Shown here: piece after piece, positions 54,200 through 64,000 of the stretch
Layout of the letters: the number at the start of each line of letters is the position of its first letter
Position numbering within the stretch: the stretch's first letter is position 1
DNA from: the human T2T-CHM13v2.0 reference genome, Homo sapiens
Direction: 5' to 3' (one strand)
Length of the DNA stretch: 64,000 bases
NCBI RefSeq assembly: GCF_009914755.1
Contig: NC_060932.1
Notes under the pieces: generated by a model
Database searches by the model: none
The model's input: only the letters and a program-made list of their open reading frames with translations
What the model was told of the DNA's origin: nothing
Made by a program: the position numbers and the translations under genes

Positions 54200-57100
54200 T
54201 TTGTTGAGAATATCCTCTGGATATACAGTTGATTGGTTGTAGCAGATGCATATGTTCAACTTCTGGTTGGGTTTTCAAAGTGGTTGTATCAATTGACATT
54301 ACCACCAGTAGTGTATGAGAAATCTGGTTATTCTACCTCCTTATCAAAAATGGATATCGTGTTCTTTTTCAGTTTAACTATTTTCTTGGGAACAGTGTTA
54401 TCGCATGCTGCATACAACCCCATATGTGAGTGTTTGTATTCTCTTTTCTCCATTGCATCCTTTTTTTAAAATTAATTGATAACATATGTAATAAAATGCA
54501 TGTGTTTTTAAGTATGCAGTTTAGAGTTTCAACAAATATAATCACACATGAAACTGTTATCTCAATAACATATGGAAGATTTCCATCATTCAAGACAGTT
54601 TCTGTGTTATCTTTTCCAATGCAATCTTCTCTACCACAGAAGGAACCTCTGTTCTCATGTGTATTCCCACAAGTTCGTTTTGTTTGTTTTTCAACCACGA
54701 ATGAAGAGAATCTCTTTTGAATTTGGCTTCTTTTGACAGGCCTTGTCAATTTATGCATGTTGTTTAATATGTCAGTAATTTCTTTTTATTGTTGAGTAGT
54801 GTCCCATTGTGTAACTACTGCACAATTTGTGTTTATACACCTATTCAGCATTTCAGGGACACTGGAGTAAGATACTCTGTTTATTTTACTATACTCTCAC
54901 AACACTCAGTATAGAATATTTCTGTGACCCAAGATGCGTGTGTGTGGGAGTGGTTCCTTATACACCAAGCAAACAATTTTTTTCATGGTCACCAGCTGGG
55001 TGTCCTCTAATTTAATATAATTTCAGTACTATCTACCTGGAAATAGCATCAGATGCCACAGGTTGAGGATTCAATTTCACAAGACTGTCCCACAGTTTCC
55101 ATACCAGACACAAGTCTGGGTCTCCAGAGCTGATCATCTGGCTATAAATTGGGATTCCCATGACCACTTTCTGGGTTCAATTGATTTGTTAAAGCAGCTC
55201 ACAGAACTCAGAAAAAAAACACTTTATTTGCATTTACCCAATTAAAGGATATTTTAAAGGACACGAATAAACGGCCAGATAAAGGGATGCACAGGGCAAG
55301 GTTTCGAAGAGTCTCAAGTGCAGGGGCTTCTGTCCCCTGAGATTTGGAGTCTATCACCCTCTAACCACATGGATATATTCTTATTCACCAACCTGGAAGC
55401 TCCCTCACCTCATTCCTTTTGGGCTTTTACCGAGCTCTCATCATTTAGGTATGGTTGATTAAATCATAGGCCATTGGCGTTCAACTCGATCTACAGCTCC
55501 TCTCCCCTCTCTGTAGGTGGGGGTAGGGCTGTGAGTCCCAATCCTCTAATCACAGGGTTGTATCCCCTGGCAACCAGCATCCTAGTCTTGTAGTTATTTA
55601 GAGATTTTCTAAAAATCACCTCATTAATACTCTGGCTTCTCTCTAGATTGTATAAATCTTTTGCTTTTTACAGAAATCACCTCATGAACATAAACACTGG
55701 TATGATTGAAAGGGGTTTGTTATAAATAACAAAAATGTCGTTTTTCACCTTTATGGATCTGAAGCTGTTCTGCAGCTCTTTCAGAAATACAAAGCCAAAT
55801 ATTTTCAAAAAGTTGCTTTTATTATTCGAGTCACTTAGGAAATTACAAGGGTTATTGGGGCTGTGAGTCAGGAACCCTGAACAAAAACCAAAATATATAT
55901 TTCATCACAATTGAGTTTTTTTCTAGTCTGGGGTTATGACAAATAGAGCTATAATGAACATTGTAGGCAAGAACATTAAATATATATAATATGTGTATAT
56001 ATGTAATTTATAATCTCTAATATTCTTTACTCTGTGGCTTACCTTTTCATTTCCGTGTTTTGCCTTTTTATTTATTTCAGGTGCAATTAGATGAGCAGAT
56101 AATTTAAATTTTGATGAAATCTAATTTGCCAACTTTTCTTTATGGCTAGTGCCTTTTGTGTTTTGTCTAAAAGATATTTGCCTATCACTAAAATGACAAA
56201 GATTTTCTTTTATGTTCCCTTTAAAGTTTAGCCTTTATGTTATTAATATGTCATCTACCTTGAATTAATTTGTGTATATGGCATGAAGAAGGGGTCATGG
56301 TTCATTTCTTTTTTACATGAATATACGTTTTTTCTGTAGGTTTGTTTTTTGTACACAGTAAGCTTTTTTCATTGAATTTACATGGCACCTTTGACAAAAA
56401 TATGTTCAGCATTATGTGTATGTTTGTTTTGACAACCTTGGGAGGGTAATAGTCATCTTCCAAATTTATCCTTTTTCAAGATTGTTTTGTCACTGAATCT
56501 GAATCTTTTGATTTACATATATAGTTTAGAATAAGCTTGTAAATTTCTATTTATGAAAAATCCTGGTGAACTTTTGATTGGAATTGCAATACATTGTAGA
56601 TCAATTTGGCAATAATTGAGATCTTAAGAATATTTTATCTTCTGGTAAAGGAACGTGGCATTGATCTCCATTTATTAGATCTTTTCTTAATTTCATTCTT
56701 GGAAGTGTTCGTAGTTTTAAATTTTTTAATATAAAGACTTGTATAATTCCTATTAACTTTTTTCCTATGTACTTTATGAATTTAAAAAAAAAAACTATTG
56801 CAAATGTAATTTAAAAATTTTATTTTCCAGTTGTTTACTGGCAATATTTAGGCATACAATTAGTTTTTCTACACTTATTTTGCATCCTACAACCTTGTAA
56901 AATTTTCTTGTTTCTTCTGGATGTTTTCTGATGATTTCATAGAATTTTCAAAGTACATAACAGTGTCATCTGGACATAAAGACAGTTTTACTACTTTTCC
57001 ATCTCGTTGGCTTTTACCTATTCCTCTTACCTGATTTTACTGGCTAGGACTTCCAGAAAAACGTTGACTAGAAGTGATGAAACCAGATGTCCTTGATATT

Positions 57101-57900
57101 TTTTGATTTAGCATGAAGACAATGTTCCATCATTAAAAATTATATTAGCTGTAGATTTCAGGTAAAGACTTTTTATCAGGTTGAGATTTTCCTTTCTATT
57201 ACTAATTTGCTGAGAGGGTTTTTTTTTTTTTTTTTTTTGCACAGATGAGTTTGGATTTTTATGAAGTGTTTCTTTCAGTGTCAACTGGGTTGATTTTGTA
57301 ATTTTCCCCTTTATTATTTTAATATAGTGAATAACATTTATTTTTTGGAATGTTGAATTAACCTTACCTTCCTAAGAAAAACTTCACTTGGCCATAATAA
57401 TACATGATTTCATTTATATAATTCCTGGATTTAATTTGCTAATATTTTGTTAGAATTTTTGCATCTATGTTTCTCAGTTTCATTAAATTGGCATTTTCCT
57501 GATAACTAACGTAGTTGAGCATGTTTTACTATCTTCCTGTGGACATTTGGATATTTTCTGTTGACAAGTGTTTACATTTTTTATTAATCATTTTAAATTG
57601 TTTTATTATTTTTTAATTCTTTATGTATTTGGTAATGAAGTCATGTGTTAGGTGTGATTACCCCATTTTGAGGTTGCCTTTTCTGATTCCTGATAGCATT
57701 TTTTAAAAAAAATAAAAGTTGTTGGTTTTAGTATAGTCCACTTTATTATTTCTTTCCTTCATCAGTAGTAGTTTTGTCTTATGTAAGAAAGCCTTGCTTA
57801 CATTATTTTTATAAAGATATTTTCCTATGATTCCCACTAAAAGTTATATTAACTTTTTATGTGGAAAATTCCATTACTTCTGAAAAGTGTTTTGCTTTCC
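54200..57900 (-). mobile_element. Composite old L1M fragments interrupted by MER21
   Basis: Antisense L1 motifs (ttttgattggaattgca; tgtagatcaatttgg; tggctaggacttccag; ttaatttgctaatattttgtt). Confidence 0.75.
54867..55909 (-). mobile_element. MER21-family LTR
   Basis: caccagctgggtgtcctctaattta; ctatctacctggaaatagcatcagat.ccacaggttgagg; right end accaaaatatatatttcatcaca. Confidence 0.78.
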
Positions 57901-58406
57901 CAGTGGACGATACTGTTTCCTTTATCGTAAAATCATGAAACAAATGTCCATAGACGTTCCATAGCGCTTGTTGTCTTCCCATTTATAACACTTAATTTAC
58001 TTATTTGTAATCGTATAGTATTTTCATTTCCCTTTAGACACCAAGATGTTTCTTGCACAACTTAAATCTCTTTAGTTCACTCTTGGATTATAAACACATA
58101 GACTCTGCCTATAGTATACACTAAATAAATGTCTGTTAAAAGAATATGTTGACTTATGTATGGATATATATTTATACTCAACTAATAGTTTTATATAATC
58201 TGTATATTTTACTTTATACTATAATTTATTTTTCTAGTAAACTAAATATTGATTTTATGATTTCTAAGCAAATATAATTTCATTAGGAATTTTTTAGGAA
58301 ATGTTACTAATTTTGCACATAGAAAAATTGATATCAACTAGCTGGGCTATTTTGAGAAAATATATTTTATTTGATCCTGAAAATAACCTACAACCAGTTT
58401 CATACA

Positions 58407-58746
58407 TTATTATTATTATTATTTTGAGACATAGTTTTGCCGTTGTCACACAGGCTGGAGGGCAGTGGAGTTTTGCTCTTGTTGCCCAGGCTGGAGGGCA
58501 GTGACGCGATCTTGGCTCACCGCAACCTCAGCCTCCAGGGTTCAAGCGATTTTCCTATCTCAGCCTCCTGAATAGCTGGGATTACAGGCACCTGCCACCA
58601 CGCCCGGCTAATTTCTTTGTATTTTTAGTAGAGAAGGGGTTTCGACATGTGGGCAGGCTGATCTTGAACTCCTGACTTCAGGTGATCCTCCCACCCCAGC
58701 CTCCCAAAGTACTGGGATTACAGGCATGTGCCAATGTGCCCAGCCC
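58407..58746 (-). mobile_element. AluSp/Sq-like with internal tandem duplication
   Basis: (ATT)n tail, duplicated agttttgc...caggctggagggcagtg, TSD tttcatac(a/g)ttatt. Confidence 0.9.
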
Positions 58747-59074
58747 ACTTTCATACGTTATTGTAAAAGACAATTAACAGAGATTTTTTTTTTTGTCTCA
58801 GGTTGTTAAACTTTCATATTTTTTCTATTTTAAAATTTTAAAAACATTTTCCACCACATATTAACTATTATATTTTGGATGAAAAACAGAAACATTTAAT
58901 ATGATAAAATAATATTTACAACAAAATATATCAGACGCTAAAGCCTCTGCCCTTCCTTTTCTTAAAGATCTACAAATAATAAAGGCAGAAAAGAAGAGAG
59001 GGTAAGAAAAGAAGGAAGGTATGGGAACTAGGGTAAAAAGATCGTGACTAGGGAAATTTATATTGAGCAGTTTT

Positions 59075-59236
59075 TCATATTTAAATTTCTGTATTTAAAT
59101 ATCTATTTTTATATTTAAGTTTCATTTAAATATTTAATTTTTTATATTTATATTTATATTTAAATATTTAATTTTATATTTAAATTTTACATTTAAAAAT
59201 ATTAAATACTGTTTATATTTAAATATTTACATTTAT
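59075..59236. repeat. AT-rich low-complexity array of degenerate atatttaaattt units
   Basis: Repeated tatttaaat/atatttaa motifs visible directly. Confidence 0.75.
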
Positions 59237-59583
59237 GTTGGGCTGAGATTACTACATTAAATTTTTGCAGTATACTGATTTAATTTTTCTTCTCCTTTTG
59301 TAATTCTAGTTTAGGAAATAACAGATGTGTTTAAAATATATCTCAGCAAAAGGAAAAATATATTTTATAATAATTTTTAGTCACTTGATTATATCTTCTA
59401 TTTGCATTTTCACCATTAAAAAATTTAAATGCTTAACATCACTCATTGTTCTTTTATTTCTATTAAAATAATTTCTTGATGACAAAGACTGTAGATTTTA
59501 GGCCCCATCATGATTTACTTAGATTTTAGTAGCCAATTCTTTAGATATATACAACTATAGTTTTTCAAATATTTAAAATTTAG

Positions 59584-59948
<365 letters not shown>

Positions 59949-60111
59949 ATCATTTTATTTTAAGATAGTTATTTGTTTTGTCATTTCTTCTAGCTAAAAT
60001 GTGTGATAAATTATGTGTTTTTTTATGCGTGTGTATGTGAACAAAACTATAAGAAAGTGATAGGTTGAGAAAATGAGTTTACATTTAGGCAAGTAAATAA
60101 TTAATAAATAG

Positions 60112-60410
60112 GGCCGAGCGACATGTCTCATGCCTGTAATCCCAGCACTTTGGGAGATCGAGGTGGGTGGTCACGAGGTCAGAAGATTGAGACCATCTTG
60201 GCCAAAATGGTGAAACCCCGTCTCTACTAAAAATACAAAAATTAGCCGGGTGTGGTGGTGTGCACCTGTAGTCCAAGCTACTCAGGAGGCTGAGGCAGGA
60301 GAATTGCTTGAACTCAGGAGGCAGAGGTTGCAGTGAGCCGAGATTGAGCCACTGCACTCCAACCTGGGCAACAGAGCAAGACTCCATCTTAAAAAGGATA
60401 AGAAAATAAT
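60112..60410 (+). mobile_element. AluSc-like
   Basis: tcacgaggtcagaagattgagaccatcttggccaa; full dimer. Confidence 0.9.
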
Positions 60411-61948
60411 AAATTAGTGTACTCTAAATTTAACTAATGGTTTTTGTTAGTATCTATAAACACATTAAAAATCCTAGTACAGTGAAATAGAATAAGCAGG
60501 TGGTCATTGTCATTAGGTAACTGATTAGGTCAGGAAATAAGATTGTGGTTACTTTAGAAAAGAAAATTACAATTCAATCCACAAAAACAATAAGAATAGG
60601 GTAAGTGAATGTACATATATGTCAGGTAAAATAATGACCGTAATTCAAAGAGGACTAATTAGTAACATGTTTAAAAGGCAGAATAATAAAATAAGTGGTG
60701 AATTAAATAACTTTCATAGAATAAGTAGGAATCCTTATCAAAAAATGAATGCAACTTGGTTACGAGCACTGACTAGTAATGCAGGATGCACTTGTAAGTC
60801 AATATATAATATAATATCATTACAAATTTAAAATGATCTGTCTGCTAGAAAATAAACTTCCTTAAAGCGTCCCAAAGAAATGTCATAATACCAATAAGAT
60901 ACCAATAAGATAAAAGCATGAGGAAGAATATAATACAAATGAGTTTTTTAAACACCCAAACAAATTAGTTAGAAAGATGTCAGAGTAATTTGATTTTTGT
61001 TGCTAAGTTTGATTCAGCTTAACTGAGGTCTAAACCTGTGAGTCATTAATTTCTGAGGATGATTCGTTTCATATGAGTGCCTAGGAGGGGACCTTATTCC
61101 TCGACATTGAGTCATGTGCATTGCTACTAAATTTAATTGGAAGAAATCAACATTCTGACAAGAAAATTTTCTTTGACCATGAGGGTGCGCATTTCTCTAT
61201 TCCCCAGGCTACCAGTATTGTCCTGATAGCGTTTTAAAACACTCTTTGCAATTCTAACTGATGCACAGGAAAAAGAAAACAAGGTTGTTCAAAGGAGAAC
61301 AAATACCTAAAATAAGAAAACAGAGAACTTTATGTGAGGAAAATCAGAAAAGATAAACCATTCACTCAGAATTCATGAAGAATCATCCATATTATCCAGG
61401 CACCTCCTACCCAGGGGATACATTTTGAGACGATAACACTAAGAACCAGAATAAAATACCTCATTAACTATATTTTTGCCTCATCTGTAGAAACTTCAGC
61501 CTACTTCACAATGAACCCAAGTTGTACTGCGAGTCCCCAGGGAGTTTCTTATTTGTACTCTGGACCTAGTCCCATTTGCTATTATTTATTAGACATCATT
61601 TACTTTTCTTATTGATCTCCTTAGTGCTTTCAGGGTAGATGATAACCATATTTACAGAAGAAGATAATTTTATCTTCTGCTTCATAGAAGTGCCTATTTA
61701 TTTATCTAGTGGCATTTGCTACAAGTTCCATAAATGATAGTGAACATCAATGATAATGAGATCACTAATCTGGACTGTAATGTATCCAGCTTGAGGTATG
61801 CAGTCTCCAATTATTTTTGGAATCTAACCACCACTTTTTCCACCAAATGTGATGATTTTTATTTTTTTTTGAGATAGAAAATCTTTATCACATTAGGCAT
61901 ATAACCTTGGTTTATTAATGTATGAGAATTGGATATCGATTTTTAAAC

Positions 61949-62269
61949 ATTTATTTGTATTTATTTATTTTTATTTTTTTTTGAGATGGAGTTCCACTCT
62001 TGTTGCTGAGGCTGGAGCGCAATGGCACCATCTCCACTCACTGCAACCTCCACCCCGCCAGGTTCAAGTGATTGTCTTGCCTCACCCTCCTGAGTAGGTG
62101 GGATTGCAGGTGCCCACCACCATAACTGGCTAATTTTTTTGTACTTTTAGTAGAGATGGAGTTTCATCATGTTGGCCAGGCTGGTTTCGAACTCCAGACC
62201 TTAGGTGATAACACCTGCCTCGGCCTCCCAAAGTGCTGGGATTACAGGCATGAGTCACTGCGCCTGGCC
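61949..62269 (-). mobile_element. AluSq/Sp-like
   Basis: gagttccactcttgttgc..aggctggagcgcaatggc; TSD-like aaa(c/a)atttatt. Confidence 0.9.
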
Positions 62270-62279
62270 AAAAATTTAT

Positions 62280-63040
62280 TCTTTCAATGAATGTTTAACA
62301 AGCTTATGTGTATATCAAATGAAATTCAAGGCATTTGTATGCAGCAGTAAACAAAAGACACAAAAGTCACAGTTCCTATGTTACTAACGTTCTAGCCAAG
62401 GCAACAGACCTAAAATAAATAAATAACACAAGTCCTATGTTAAAAAAAAAAAAAAGCGCATGGTGAAAACTAAAGGAGGAAAGGAGATAAGGAATGTTTC
62501 AAAAAGCGGATTAAAGGTTTGAAACCACGGAAGTCACCAGTTAATATCATGGTTATAATACAGTAAAAATCTGAGATATTAAAGGACTGAGCCGTTTGGA
62601 AATTTGGGGAAAGAATATTTCAAACAGAGGGAACAGGAAAGGGAATGGCTTGGAGGCAGTCTTAAATGTGGCATGCTCCAGAAGGTCACGGTACTTAGAG
62701 CATGCTATGGGAGAGAAGATGGATTGTAGATGAGACAAGAGAACAAATGTAGATCAGATCCTTTAGGATCTTGTAGTTCAGCCTGAGAAACTTGGATTTT
62801 ACAATGAGTGAGATATATTACTACTGAAGTACTTGAAAGAGAGGAGTAAAACTTTTTTTTTTAGCTGAAATTTTAGCAAGACCACTCTGAACACTTTATG
62901 AGAATAGATCATAGGAATTTTAGGATGTAAGCAGAGAGACCAGTTAAAAAGCTATTACAATAATCCAGATAATGCTAATGAGAATTTGGTATATGAATGT
63001 AGCAGTGAAGTTGCTAAGAAATGATTGGACCCACGTTGGG
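62280..63040 (-). mobile_element. L2 fragment
   Basis: Purine-rich antisense L2 motifs (gaaagaatatttcaaacagagggaacag; cttggattttacaatgagtgagat; gaccagttaaaaagctattacaataatccag). Confidence 0.7.
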
Positions 63041-63825
63041 TAATGAATTTTATCAGAGTGTAAGTTTTACATGAACTTCTTCAGGATGCTTATATTATTA
63101 ACTATTATGTGTACTCCTTTTGAGTAGTAATATTTTTCCTCTCAACACTTGGTATATAATCTTTCAGTTTCCACATAGTATAAGAGAAGAAGAATGCCAC
63201 CCTGGGTGATTATTTTCTATCTAGATATAATGACTTTTTTTTTAATTTCCCTGAAAGTAATCTTGTAGAATTACCTTCTTTTCAATCAAGTTGAACTTTG
63301 GGGGATAAAACTAGAGCAATAATTTGCCCAGTAAATTGAGTAATTTGGGCTCAAAACTCCAGTCTTTTCTCAACTCAAACCATATTTTATTTTCCTGCAT
63401 CTGTTGTCCTTTGATGTATTTTTGGATTCTTATATCTATCCTCTTTAAACATGTTTTCCACCATCTATTGGACGTTCTGCCTCTTTTAATTAATCCTGTG
63501 GGTTTTTTTTTCATGTTTCTCTTTTAATTTGCCTCTTCGGTTTTCTGTTGTTACCATTATATTGTTTTCTGCTTCCACTGTGTGTTTTTCTCTCACTTTA
63601 TAATGAAATATAGCTGATGTGCATAAAACAATGAAACATAAGTGTCCAGTATAATGGGTAACTAGAAGTGCAAATCTTCTGATCACATAATAGATATTTC
63701 TTGAATGAATGAATGAATGAGTAAAATATACAAGTCTCCCTGCTTTACTCTCCATTTTTCTAGGTGTTAGTTGGGGTAGAAACACATTAAAGTAGCAGTC
63801 TGCCCAAAATGATTGACTCTGAGCA

Positions 63826-63847
63826 CCTTATATGGGTCACCCGGAAG
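63826..63847. promoter_or_regulatory. Candidate serum response element (CArG plus ETS core)
   Basis: CCTTATATGG at 63826-63835 and CCGGAAG at 63841-63847 in apparently non-repeat sequence; function not shown. Confidence 0.45.
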
Positions 63848-64000
63848 AGGGAGTGTTTGCAGTTACTCTATCCTTGGTTTTTCTGTGGCTTTTTGCTGTG
63901 GAGAACTTATCAGGTAAAACAACACAGATATGTGCCTCCCTGAGCCTTATTCTATGATGACATTAACCAAGTAAGTAGGAGAATGACCAGGTCTGGAGAA

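Noticed and set aside
60888-60912. Short direct repeat ataccaataag x2, similar to ataccaaaga x2 in MER2
   Set aside because: Ordinary slippage duplications; the resemblance is too short to be meaningful.

Overview
AT-rich primate (most likely human) genomic DNA, intergenic or deep intronic. I find no recognisable protein-coding gene, RNA gene or prokaryote-type system. The listed ORFs are chance ORFs or read through Alu, L1 and LTR sequence. Much of the window is transposon-derived: about 18 Alus or Alu monomers, old L1M/L2/MIR fragments, DNA transposon fossils (Charlie1a, MER2, MER3, MER20, half a MADE1) and a diverse set of LTRs. The LTRs include a two-LTR MST-type MaLR with nested insertions, and solo LTR7/HERV-H, LTR8 (x2), LTR9, MER4 (x2), MER21, MER34/39, MER41B, THE1 and several MLT1. 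Most notable observations: (1) an apparent ~2 kb inversion (about 25620-27611) that splits one LTR8 into two oppositely oriented, complementary pieces with 4-bp microhomology; (2) a near-consensus AluY (Yc1-like) with a perfect 16-bp TSD; (3) a MER41B retaining both STAT/GAS sites; (4) a solo LTR7 pointing at a candidate non-coding exon; (5) a perfect CArG box next to an ETS core and splice donors at the right edge; (6) CpG retention plus a CCAAT/NRF1-like motif near the left edge. Repeat family names come from recalled consensus sequences compared by eye, and boundaries of old elements are approximate. I cannot name the locus.
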